DNA of 64,000 nt, from NCBI GenBank assembly GCA_965116875.1, contig OZ220733.1, forward strand, positions 1,056,001 to 1,120,000. The letters run 5' to 3'. Numbering within the stretch: position 1 is the stretch's first letter; every line of letters begins with the position of its first letter. This DNA is from Candidatus Latescibacterota bacterium. Its GTDB lineage: Bacteria; Latescibacterota; UBA2968; GCA-2709665. Both the position numbers and the translations under genes were made by a program. The notes below the pieces were generated by a model, which saw only the letters and a program-made list of their open reading frames with translations, ran no database searches and was not told the DNA's origin. This document shows, in pieces, positions 28,536 through 38,776 of the stretch.

Positions 28536-30755
28536 TCAGTCCGACATGACCAGGGTCCTGTAAAGGCCCTCTTCCGCGATCAGGCTGTCGTGGGTGCCGC
28601 GCTGGACGATGCGGCCCCGGTCGAGGACGACGATCTGGTCCGCGTCCCGGATGGTACTCAGCCTGTGGGCAATGATGAGGCATGAACATCCGCGGCGTCG
28701 AAGCCGGTCGTCGATCTCGACCTCGGTAATCGGATCCAGCGCCGCGGTGGCCTCGTCGAGCACCAGTACGGCGGGATTCCTCACAAGCGCACGCGCGATT
28801 TCCAGGCGCTGCCGCTGACCGCCGCTGAAATTGCGCCCTCCCTCGCTGACGGGGGAATCGTATTTCATGGGCCTTGCAGAGACGACGTCATGGATTGCGG
28901 CATCCCTGAGCGCCTGTACCACGTCACGTTCTTCAATATCGGGATCCCACAACGAGACGTTTTCCCGCACGCTGGCCTCGAACAGTACGACCTCCTGGTC
29001 CACGTAGGATACGATTTCGGCGAAACGGGAGGGAGGGATGTCCTCGAATTCCTGCCCGTCGATGCGCACGGTTCCGGACCAGGGCGTCAGCAGACCGCAA
29101 ACGATCCTCGCGACAGTCGACTTTCCGCTTCCCGACGCGCCTACCAGCGCCACGCGGCGGCCCGGCCCGATGGTAAGACTGAAATCCTCGATGAGGGGCG
29201 GATCCGTGGCACTGTAGCCGAACGTCACACCTTCGAGATCGACGAACCCTCGGGGCGGGGGTGCGTCCGGTACAGGCTCTGCCGTATGGATGCCCCTGAG
29301 CGTTCGCTCGTCGGGGGCGTAGTTCAGAACGTCGTCGAGCCGACCGATATCAGCCCTGATCATCTGCAGACTGGCGCCGAACCGAACCAGACCTTCAACA
29401 GGTCGAGAAAAACTCAGCGTGAGACTCTGAAAGGCGATCAGTCCGCCGATGGATAGCGCCCCGTCGAGGATACGAATTCCTCCGTATCCCAGGACGATGA
29501 TGGACGTGAGCGCCGAGAGGAGAACGGGCGCGACATTGGCGATGGTTGAAACGGTGTCGAGGCTCTGCTGGGCGCGAAGCGCATTGGCGTGGATTCCGGA
29601 CCATCGGGCGAAGAAATCGTCCTCTGTACCGTTGGCCTTGAACGTCTCGATGATCCGGATGCCGTTTATGGAGGCGCCGGCAACCCTGCCCCTTTCTTTG
29701 AGAAGCCTCCGGTTGGCGTTGTCGCGGGCGCGCGCCGCCAAATGCAGCACGATCAGATTTATGGCGACCATCGCCAACGCCATCAACGTGAGCGGAACGT
29801 CGTACGAAACCATGACCAGTGCATAGAACACCATCGTGAATACGTTTATCGCATTGACGGCCAATTCGCCGGAAAGCAACCGCGCGACGGTGTCATTCGA
29901 CGCCACGCGGCTGGCGATGTCACCGGCGTAGCGCTGGCTGAAGAACAACATCGGCAACGTTGCGACGTGCCAGAAAAAGCGCACGGTCGAAATAACGGAC
30001 AGCTTGGTCTCCATCCTTGCCAGGAGGATACGCTGCAGCCAGGTCAGCGCGCCCTGGACAACGGCCGCGAAGGCCAGTCCAATCAGCATCGGAGACACCC
30101 AGGCGCTGTTCTGCCCGATCAGTACGTCGTCGATGAATACCTTGATCAGGGTCGGGACGGCCACGCCGGGCACAACGAGAGCCAGGGTCGCCAGCGCCGC
30201 GAACGCAAACGGACTCCCCGCGTCGCCAAAGCGGGCGTGCAGTCGCCGAATCAGATTGGGCCGCGGTCCCCCCGGACTGAACCCGGACGAGGGCGCGAAA
30301 CCGAAGCAGACGCCCGCGAAGCCCTCGACGAACTCCTGCATCGTGATCCTTCGAGGGCCTTCGCCGGGATCGTTGATATAGACTCTGTCGCCCTTGATCC
30401 CTTCGAGAACGACAAAATGGTTGAACTCCCAGAAGACCACCATGGGAAACGGAACGTCGAACAATTGCTCGTGCTGACTGCGGAAACCCCGGGCGATGAG
30501 GCCGTATTCCCGGGCCGCTTTCAACATATTGGCGGCATTGGCGCCGTCCCTGGAGACGCCGCAGCGTACCCGCAGCGCTTCGAGGGGCACCCATCGTCCG
30601 TGATAGGCGAGAATGATGCCAAGACATGCGGCGGCGCACTCCGTGGTCTCCATCTGCAGGATCGTCGGCGTCCTGAAACGTCCGCCCCGATCGGACCGCA
30701 GGTTCGGACGCAGATCGGCGTGGCGGTCTAATGACTCAGTTTTTCTTTGATCCAT
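28536..30755 (-). CDS. NHLP-family export ABC transporter, C39 peptidase/permease/ATPase
   Basis: RTPTILQMETTECAAACL (catalytic Cys), CGVSRDG, FWEFNHFVVLEG (His), YINDP (Asp); GASGSGKST, FSGGQRQRLEIARAL, LDEAT. Confidence 0.95.
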   Translation of the reverse strand: MDQRKTESLDRHADLRPNLRSDRGGRFRTPTILQMETTECAAACLGIILAYHGRWVPLEALRVRCGVSRDGANAANMLKAAREYGLIARGFRSQHEQLFDVPFPMVVFWEFNHFVVLEGIKGDRVYINDPGEGPRRITMQEFVEGFAGVCFGFAPSSGFSPGGPRPNLIRRLHARFGDAGSPFAFAALATLALVVPGVAVPTLIKVFIDDVLIGQNSAWVSPMLIGLAFAAVVQGALTWLQRILLARMETKLSVISTVRFFWHVATLPMLFFSQRYAGDIASRVASNDTVARLLSGELAVNAINVFTMVFYALVMVSYDVPLTLMALAMVAINLIVLHLAARARDNANRRLLKERGRVAGASINGIRIIETFKANGTEDDFFARWSGIHANALRAQQSLDTVSTIANVAPVLLSALTSIIVLGYGGIRILDGALSIGGLIAFQSLTLSFSRPVEGLVRFGASLQMIRADIGRLDDVLNYAPDERTLRGIHTAEPVPDAPPPRGFVDLEGVTFGYSATDPPLIEDFSLTIGPGRRVALVGASGSGKSTVARIVCGLLTPWSGTVRIDGQEFEDIPPSRFAEIVSYVDQEVVLFEASVRENVSLWDPDIEERDVVQALRDAAIHDVVSARPMKYDSPVSEGGRNFSGGQRQRLEIARALVRNPAVLVLDEATAALDPITEVEIDDRLRRRGCSCLIIAHRLSTIRDADQIVVLDRGRIVQRGTHDSLIAEEGLYRTLVMSD

Positions 30756-31975
30756 GGCAGAACAAGCGCGGCCGGCGATTGGGTGGACGCCCGGATTTCG
30801 ACGGTTGCAAGCGTTCCGGGAGTGATTTCAAGATGAGTGGCTTGCGGCGACGTCCACGCGAAGCCGCTCCGTGTCGTCGCATCCGGCGTGAGCGCGATTC
30901 GCGCCGGATATGGCGGACCGGATGCGGAGAAGGTCCCGGCAAGCTCCTGGTTCCGGAGTACGGCGACCATGCCGTTCAGGCTCGCCGGAAACTCGGACAC
31001 GTACTCTACGGTTCCGATCATGGAGCCGTATTCCTCGCGTCGGACGGTGGCCGGCGTTACGAGAACGGACATGCCCTCCTTGACGCTCTTGCCATCCAGC
31101 GCGGAGACGTACGAGAGCACGTCCAGGCCTTCTCCGCCGGTCTCAATGCTCAATACGGACTCTCCAGGGCCGAGCGTCACGCCAATCTGCGCCTTGATCT
31201 CGATGATCCTCCCGGAGACCGGAGCGCGAATTCGCCAGGTCTCGATGGTCACCCTGAGTTCGCTGACGTCCATCTCGGCTTTCAGGAGTTCGCCTTTGGC
31301 GTGAGAGAGCCGGGAATTGATGCCGCTCCGTCGCCGGACGTCGTCCTCGTCGAGTGCGTCCCGCCGGCGCAGCACTTCGAACAGATTCTGCTGCAGGACG
31401 CTCAGCGCCTGTTCGCTTCGCTCCACGGCCGTCCGATCGATCATCCGCTGCGCGAACAGTTTCCGGTCTTCCTGAAGGCGCATGCCGGCTTTTTCTTTCA
31501 GCTCGCGGTTTATGCGTTCCATCTCGTCCAGCCGGTCCCGCTGCCTGGCGAGGTTCTCCGCCGCGAGCCTGTTCTCCTCATTGGTTTCGGTGATGCGATC
31601 CCTGAGTTCCTCCTTGTGCTCGGCCACGAGCGCGACGGCGCTCTTCAGCCGTTCACTCGTCTCCGCGTCGAAGATCTCAGCCACCACGTCGCCTTCCTGA
31701 ACCTGCTGTCCGACGGCGACCGCGATTCGCGTCAGTCTGCCGCCGCCCGGAGACGCCGCGTCGAATACCATGCCCTTGCGACTCAGAAAAATGCCCTCGG
31801 CTTCCACGTAGATGGAAATCTCGCCCCAGAACCCCCACGCCACGACAGCGCCGGTCAGCGCCAGGAGGACGCAGAGCCACAGCCATGTCATCGGCGTTGT
31901 CACGTTCAGCGCGCGGTCCAGGTGTTCGGGGGTCCGCAGGCGATCAAGCGCCTTGTTTCGATCGGATTCGTTCAT
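30728..31975 (-). CDS. NHLP bacteriocin system secretion protein (HlyD-family membrane fusion protein)
   Basis: ALDRLRTPEHLD---V, N-terminal TM, coiled coil, IRAPVSGRI, P-TVRREEYG, SGF-WTS. Confidence 0.93.
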   Translation of the reverse strand: MNESDRNKALDRLRTPEHLDRALNVTTPMTWLWLCVLLALTGAVVAWGFWGEISIYVEAEGIFLSRKGMVFDAASPGGGRLTRIAVAVGQQVQEGDVVAEIFDAETSERLKSAVALVAEHKEELRDRITETNEENRLAAENLARQRDRLDEMERINRELKEKAGMRLQEDRKLFAQRMIDRTAVERSEQALSVLQQNLFEVLRRRDALDEDDVRRRSGINSRLSHAKGELLKAEMDVSELRVTIETWRIRAPVSGRIIEIKAQIGVTLGPGESVLSIETGGEGLDVLSYVSALDGKSVKEGMSVLVTPATVRREEYGSMIGTVEYVSEFPASLNGMVAVLRNQELAGTFSASGPPYPARIALTPDATTRSGFAWTSPQATHLEITPGTLATVEIRASTQSPAALVLPWIKEKLSH

Positions 31976-32124
31976 GTCTGAGAAGGATGGTAAACCGGAA
32001 GAATGTGATTTTTTCGTGTACCCATTTGATGCCAGCGAATGTAACGCAAATCGTCAGCCGATGTCAATCAGATTTCGAGTCCGCGCCGTTCGATGGATCG
32101 ACCCGTGAAACCCGCGTAAATAAC

Positions 32125-32157
32125 AAAAAGACCACCCGCATATGGGGTGGTCTTTTT
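32125..32157. terminator. Bidirectional intrinsic terminator between the TBDR and the RiPP exporter
   Basis: aaaaagaccaccc-gcatatg-gggtggtcttttt; A-tract and T-tract flank a GC stem. Confidence 0.8.
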
Positions 32158-32380
32158 CAATCGGCAATCATCCGTCTGAAACGGCCGGCGTGGAGACGTC
32201 CGTTGTTCTCCACGACTATTTCAGGGATTTATTATGACATACAGGCGATAGCTGCGGTCCTTTTGGTGACTTATTCATGATACTCGGTAAAGGCCGGGAT
32301 GCACAATCCTGCATGAAACGCGGTCACGGCTCCGTGATGTTCCCCCGGAGATACCCGGCTGTCATCTCGATCGCTTTGGG

Positions 32381-35300
32381 CTATCGCCCGAGGTGATACG
32401 TAACGGCCAGCTTCAGCCGCCGGCCCTTGGGATCGTGCGTGAAGCCGTCGTAGGCCTGCTCGATATTCACGAGAGGGGGCCTGGCGTCCAGCAGATTCAT
32501 TCCGGACAGCGCGATATTCAACCCGTTCGGCAGGTTCCACAGGAACGTCACGTCCCATGTTACATACGATTCGATGGTACCGAAAATGCTCTTGATATTC
32601 GAATTATCGGAGGCCATCGACCCGCGGTCTTCATAGGACGAAATGTAGTTGAGGTAGGTCGCGAGACTGTAGTCCTGCCAGTAGTAGCTGCTGGAAATCC
32701 GTCCCTTGAACTTGGGAAGCGACGTTGCGATGGGATTGCCGAAATTCAGGTAGCCGGCGGCGTCCGCTTCCTCCTGCAGCACCAGGCCGCCCAGCATCAA
32801 CGCCTTTGTCTCGTACGCCAGCGTATACGTGCCTTCCAGGCCGGCCGTGAACAGGCCCGCTCCCTGCGGGACCCGCGTACCCAGATGGAGATCGATCCCC
32901 GAGGTCTTGAGCCCCGGCCAGTTGACGATATCCACCTGCACCCGCTCGAGTTCCGACGCCGCGCACGTGCCGGTACCAATCCCGTCCGGGCACACGATGA
33001 ACTGCTTCAGGGCATCTTTATTGGCTTCGTCCGCGTACAGGGCGGTAATGGCGCCGTGGGGCATGGAACCGATCACGTCGCTGAAATCGTAACTCCAGTA
33101 ATCCAGTGTCGCCTCGAAACCCGTTTCGGTGACCAGGGCGAGCCCCGCGTTAAAGGTGAACGCCCGTTCGGGTTTGAGGTCCTTGCTCCCGATTCTGTCC
33201 ACCGTTTGGTAGGCGCCCGTCTCGTTGATCCATTCGAGCGTGGAAAGCGGGCTTTCATTTACGTCGTCCAGCGACGGCGTGCGGAACGTCGTCTGCACCG
33301 AGCCGCGCAGGAATACGGATTGCTCCGACGATTCCATCAGCTGGTAGCGCCACCCGAATTTGGGATCGAAACTGCTCGCCACGTCGTGGAACTCGTAGTT
33401 GGCGGCGAGTTGCACGTCGAACGACTCGCCCAGGCTGAGGGGCGTTTCCGCAAAGAAGCGATGCACCGTCTGGGATTCATCGTAAGGCCGATGCACATTG
33501 GTGAACGCATAGGGTCCGAATCGGTCCTCCGCCGAGCAGTTCCTGTCGCCCACAACCGGACAGGGGTTGATGGTGACGTCGCCCTCGTCGTTGGGGTCCC
33601 CGCTGGCATTGAACAGCCGGAACTGGTAGCCCGCCGCGTAACTGGCGACGTCCTCGACCCAGGTCCCCGTCAGCGTCGCGTCCGCGACCAGCATGTCGGC
33701 TGTACTCTGCATGTCCACTTCCTGGTTGAGCCAGAGTCGAAGCTCCTCACTGTTGGCAAGCGCGGCGCGGTAGTTCGGATTCGCCCGGGTTTCGTACCCC
33801 GAACCGTACTGGTCCGTGAACTCGATGGCGTTGCCGAAGGGATTGTAATACTTGCAGTTGCCCTGTCCCGCCACCTGACCGCTCAGCGGTCCGAGGCGCA
33901 TCCCTGCCAGCGAGGCGCGGTCCGCCACCACGTCGACGCCGCAGCGCGGCCCCCCGTAGCCCCGGAAGCCGAGGAAGAGCCGCTCGATATACACGCCCGG
34001 CAGGTTGTAGTTGCCCTCGGTGCGGGAATAAGAGAGACCGAGGTCGAAGTGGTTCTCCCGATCGCCGAACGCTACGAAGTCCCCACTCGCGGAGGCCGCC
34101 ATTCGCCAGGTGGCGGCGTCTCGGCCCAGCGTGCGGCCCGGTCCCGAGTTTCCGAAGGGACGACCGTTGAAATACCAGTTTTCGCCGGCCTGGCACGCCT
34201 CGTAGTATTCGTCGGTTGGCTCGGATCCGTAGTCATCGCAGAACGCGCGACGGCCCGGGTGGTCGGGCGCGACCTCCATGATGCTCGTGTCCGTGAGGGG
34301 AAACGGCGGATACGAAGGCGTCGTATACCACTCCGGAATATCCGCCCGCGCCCACAGGGCCTCAACGTGATACTCCGTGCCGTTATCCAGCTTCCCGTTG
34401 ATCTCGGCAAAAGCGCGGGTGTGACTCATTTCTTCAATCAGATTCTCATATTGCTGATACCGGAACCGGCATGTCCAGGACTCACGGAATCCGCCGAATT
34501 CCTCGCACCTCGGGGCGTGAATGGCGGCGGTCCACGGGGCGGGCGCACCGATGGCGAAGGTGCCGGGATTTCCCAGGCTCGACCATCCCAGGCGCTGCCC
34601 CCCGCCGTGCCATGGCTGCAGCAGGTAGTCCCTTTCCCAGGACGGCAACGCCTGGCGTCCCCTCCATTCGGCGGAGACAACCGCATGGGCCTCTCCGAGT
34701 TTCCCGCCCCATATCGCACCGGCGTTGGTATCGCCGGCGCCGGGAAAGTACTCGTGCGCGGCGGAAACCTCGAAGCCCTCGAAATTCCTTCGCGTGAGGA
34801 AGTTGGCCACGCCGCCCACGGCGTCCGACCCGTATATGGCGGAAGCCCCTTCCTTGAGCACTTCAACCCGCTCGATGGCAATCGAGGGAATCACGTTGAC
34901 ATCGACGAAGCGTCCACCGATCAGCCGCGCCGGGACGTAGGTCTGGCGGCGGCTGTTAATCAGCACGAGGGTGCGCGACGCCCCCAGGCCCCGCAGGTTG
35001 ACGTTCGCGATGCTTTCCGAAAGTGTGGCGGCCTGGCCTGAATTGTACCAGCTGCTGCGTTCCCCGATCACGCCGTGGCTCGCGCCGAGATTCTTGAAGA
35101 AATCGACGGCCTGCGGAGACCCCTGCTCCGCCATCTCTTCGCGCCCGACAGCCACAACCGCGTACGTCTGGTTGATGGGGGGTTCCTTGAACGCAGTGCC
35201 GGTCACCACAAGCTCGTCCATGTAGAGCAGGGACAGATCCATGCTCAACGCAACGCGAAGCGTCGCACCCGCGGTGACCGTGATCGTGCGGGGTTCGCTC

Positions 35301-35557
35301 GTATAGCCGATGAGTTGCACGCTCAGCTCGTGTGTGCCGGCCGGTACGTTGTGGATGGCAAAGCGTCCCTCCGCATCCGACACCGCGACCAGATCCGACA
35401 TGGCGATTGCCACGTTCGCGCCTTCCAGCGGATCGCCGCTCTCGGCGTCGACCACGGTGCCGGTCACGGTGCCGGTCGATTGTCCAACAGCCGCCGGGGC
35501 ATGGAGAAGCATCGCCGCGCAGATCAGAAACGGAATATGAAAACCTCGGAATCTCAT
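32381..35557 (-). CDS. TonB-dependent receptor with N-terminal carboxypeptidase-regulatory-like domain
   Basis: Signal peptide; GTVTGTVVDAESGDPLEGANV; DELVVTG TonB box; NLRGLG--RTLVLIN-RR, IERVEVLKEGASAIYGSDAVGGV-N; TTFRTPSL, LKPERA. Confidence 0.95.
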   Translation of the reverse strand: MRFRGFHIPFLICAAMLLHAPAAVGQSTGTVTGTVVDAESGDPLEGANVAIAMSDLVAVSDAEGRFAIHNVPAGTHELSVQLIGYTSEPRTITVTAGATLRVALSMDLSLLYMDELVVTGTAFKEPPINQTYAVVAVGREEMAEQGSPQAVDFFKNLGASHGVIGERSSWYNSGQAATLSESIANVNLRGLGASRTLVLINSRRQTYVPARLIGGRFVDVNVIPSIAIERVEVLKEGASAIYGSDAVGGVANFLTRRNFEGFEVSAAHEYFPGAGDTNAGAIWGGKLGEAHAVVSAEWRGRQALPSWERDYLLQPWHGGGQRLGWSSLGNPGTFAIGAPAPWTAAIHAPRCEEFGGFRESWTCRFRYQQYENLIEEMSHTRAFAEINGKLDNGTEYHVEALWARADIPEWYTTPSYPPFPLTDTSIMEVAPDHPGRRAFCDDYGSEPTDEYYEACQAGENWYFNGRPFGNSGPGRTLGRDAATWRMAASASGDFVAFGDRENHFDLGLSYSRTEGNYNLPGVYIERLFLGFRGYGGPRCGVDVVADRASLAGMRLGPLSGQVAGQGNCKYYNPFGNAIEFTDQYGSGYETRANPNYRAALANSEELRLWLNQEVDMQSTADMLVADATLTGTWVEDVASYAAGYQFRLFNASGDPNDEGDVTINPCPVVGDRNCSAEDRFGPYAFTNVHRPYDESQTVHRFFAETPLSLGESFDVQLAANYEFHDVASSFDPKFGWRYQLMESSEQSVFLRGSVQTTFRTPSLDDVNESPLSTLEWINETGAYQTVDRIGSKDLKPERAFTFNAGLALVTETGFEATLDYWSYDFSDVIGSMPHGAITALYADEANKDALKQFIVCPDGIGTGTCAASELERVQVDIVNWPGLKTSGIDLHLGTRVPQGAGLFTAGLEGTYTLAYETKALMLGGLVLQEEADAAGYLNFGNPIATSLPKFKGRISSSYYWQDYSLATYLNYISSYEDRGSMASDNSNIKSIFGTIESYVTWDVTFLWNLPNGLNIALSGMNLLDARPPLVNIEQAYDGFTHDPKGRRLKLAVTYHLGR

Positions 35558-35648
35558 GACGAATCCTCCTTTATTCGATTCAGGCGCAGTTGGTTATCGG
35601 TCTTTCACACCTGTCTTCGGAAACGGCGTTGGCAACCGCCCGCGGTAT

Positions 35649-37202
35649 CTATTCTTTGCGTGTCTCGCTCCGGAGTCCTTTCCAGACGCAGAACGCCATT
35701 CCCAGGAGAACGACGGCGAACGGGAGGCCGGTGGCGAGCGAAGCGGCCTGCAGCGCCTCCAGTCCGCCACCCAGCAGAAGGGCGATCGCGACCAGTCCCT
35801 CGATCGTACACCAGAAGACTCGCTGCGCGACCGGGGCGTCGATCCTGCCGCCGGCCGCGATCGTATCGATAATCAGCGATGCGGAGTCCGACGACGTCAC
35901 GAAAAACACGATCGTCAGCAGCATCGCGACACACGAAAGCAGCGCGGGAGCAGGCAGCCTGTCAAGCATCTTGAACAGTGCGATCTCGAGCTTCCAGGCC
36001 TCGACGTTTTCGGTAACCCCGGTATACCCCTCTACGATGTGCTGGTGGAAGGCGGCGCCGCCAAACGCGCCAAACCACAGAAGGCACAGGATTGTGGGTA
36101 TCAGGAGTACGAAGACGACGAATTCGCGGACCGTGCGCCCCCGGGAAATCCGGGCGATGAACGTACCTACGAACGGCGCCCATGCGAACCACCATGCAAA
36201 ATAGAACGTGGTCCAGTCGCGCACGAATCCGGTATCTTCGCGTCCGATCCAGTTGCTCAGCGGTCCGATCTTCGCCAGATAGTCGCCAAACCCCGCCGCA
36301 ATACTCCGAATCGCGTAGCCGGTGGGACCGAGTACGATCACGGCAAGCAGCAACGCGAGCGCGAGGATGACGTTGAATTGACTCAGGCGCTTGATGCCGA
36401 CGTTTATACCTGTCAGTACCGACGTCAGGGCGACGGCGGTGATCACCACGATCAGGGCCACCATCGTCGCGTCGCTGACCGGGATATCGAACAGGTAGTT
36501 GAAGCCGGACGTCACCTGCTGGACGCCCAGTCCCAGGGACGTCGCCACCCCGAACAGTCCCGCAAAAATGGCAAAGGTGTCGATGACGTGCCCCGGCCAG
36601 CCCCAGACGCGGTCGCCGATCAGGGTATGGAACGCCGATCGGATCGTCAGCGGCAATCCCCGGTTGTACGCAAAGTACCCCAGCGCGAGACCCACAACGC
36701 CGTAGATCGCCCAGCCGTGCAGTCCCCAGTGAAACGTCGTCGCGGCAATGCCGGCGATGGCGGCCGAATCGGTCCCGGGGGCGATGCCCAGCGGCGGGCT
36801 CTTGAAATAATAAACCGGCTCCGCCACCCCGAAAAAAAGAAGACCGATGCCGACACCGGCCGCAAAGAGCATGGCCAGCCAGGTCGCGTTCGTATATTCC
36901 GGTTTCGCGTCCGGGCCGCCCAGCCGGACACGTCCCAGAGGCGATACGGCGATGTAAAGACAGAAGATCACGACGAGGTTCGCCGAGATCATGAAGAACC
37001 AGTCGAGATTCGTGGTAAGCCAGACGCGGGTGTCTTTGAATACGCCTGTCGCGGCCTCCCGAAAGACAAGCGCTCCCAGGACGAAGGCGACGATGGTAAC
37101 ACTGGATATCACGAACACAGGGGTCAGGTAGATTTCCAGGCCGAACAGCCTGCGGTATTGCCTGACATCCGTCGAACCCGGTTGTTTTCCTATCGCCGAC
37201 AT
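35649..37202 (-). CDS. BCCT-family (betaine/carnitine/choline) transporter
   Basis: [69 protein letters not shown]. Confidence 0.95.
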   Translation of the reverse strand: [517 protein letters not shown]

Positions 37203-37459
37203 CCCGACTAATTCCTTGGTATCAACGCCCGGAACCCCTTCCGGACACGAAAAACGGGTCCCGCGGAATCGTATCGAACGGCCTCGCGGGCAGCTATATC
37301 AATAACGTAAGCCTCATGTTGCATCTTGGCAAGTACAACGTGCCGGAGTCCGTACGACTCCACACAAAAGCGGGTTGCATCGCGAATACGGCCCTTCGAA
37401 CGCAGACCCGCCACCCGGCACGCGGACAGCGGACCGCCGGGCGACAGCGTCACCGATTC

Positions 37460-38776
37460 TCAGCCTTCGCGGGTTTCTCCCACGCGAACCAGCGCATGCT
37501 TCATCGCGATGGGTCCGATCATCTGATTGACCGCGATCACGGCGACGATCACCGTTACGAAGGCGTCTCCCCAGCCCGGAAACCGCCGGGCCACCTCCAG
37601 GGCCAGTCCCAGGCTGACGCCGGCCTGCGTGAGATAGGTCATACCCGCAAACCGATTGAAGCGCGGCGGGTCGCCGCCGAGCCGCCCTCCGGCGTACGCA
37701 CTCAGGTAGATCGCGCCGGCTCTAACGGCGACCAGCAGAATCGCGATGATCCAGGTCTGCATCAGGGCCTCCAGGTTCAGGCCCGCACCGGCCAGCGTGA
37801 AGAACAGCACGTACACGGGAAGGCCGACCGACTCGATCGCATCAATGAAGCGTGAACCCTGGCGGGAGACGTTCTGTACCGTAAAACCCGCGGTAACGCA
37901 GATCAGCAGGGGCTCCAGATGAATATTGAGGCCGTAGGCATCCTTGAGATAGGCGGCGAAGCCGTGCGAAATGCTGGTCACCAGAAGGGCAGTACCCAGC
38001 AGCAGCAGCGGGAGGTTCGCGCGGACCCGGTCGATATAATAGCCCAGCGCCAGCCCGACGACCAGACCCGCGCCGATTCCCAGGATGACTTCGACGCTCA
38101 GACCGGCAATGAATCCCACGTCAAGGGCGGCCGCGGGTGACATCACGATCTCGCAGAAGGAAATCGCGGCGCCGAACAGTACAATCACGAAGACGTCCAG
38201 CGCCACGGTAACGCCGAGCGCGGTTTCCGTGAACGGACCCGACGCCCTGGTCTCATTGATAATGGCGATGGCGCTGGACGGCGACCGCGCAACGGCGAGC
38301 ACGCCGAAGAGCATGCCCACCGTCAGAAGCTGCAGACTCGAGAAGGAGGCGGTGAACGGAAGCAGTGACGCGGCGAGGAACACGAAGACGGTGACAACGA
38401 TGAAGACGATGGAAGTCTGGGTGAGGATTGAAAGCAGGATGACTCTCATCCGTTCCCTCAGTTCAGCCATCCGCAGTTCGCCCCCCGCCGCCAGCGCGAT
38501 GAACGTCACCGCCAGTTCGTTCAGGAACCCGAGCTGGCCAACGGACTCTCTGGTGAGGAAGCCCAGCAGGTACGGTCCCGTGAGCATGCCGACACAGAGG
38601 TATCCGGTGATCCGTGGCAGGCGCAGCCGGGAAAGAACATGCCCCGCGGCGTATCCGGAAAGCAGGAGCAGACCCACCACAAGCGTGGTGTACGCGCCAG
38701 GCGCGTCTCCGGGCGGGGTTGCGCCTGCCCAGGCCATGAGCAGACTCAGGGCGATAAAGACGAGAATCAGCCTCAT
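37460..38776 (-). CDS. Cation:proton antiporter (CPA-like) subunit
   Basis: About 12 TM; [40 protein letters not shown]. Confidence 0.85.
   Translation of the reverse strand: [438 protein letters not shown]

Noticed and set aside
32393-35041. 882-aa plus-strand ORF (also 35556-37211 and 30731-31981)
   Set aside because: Antisense shadows of the TBDR, BCCT and HlyD genes.
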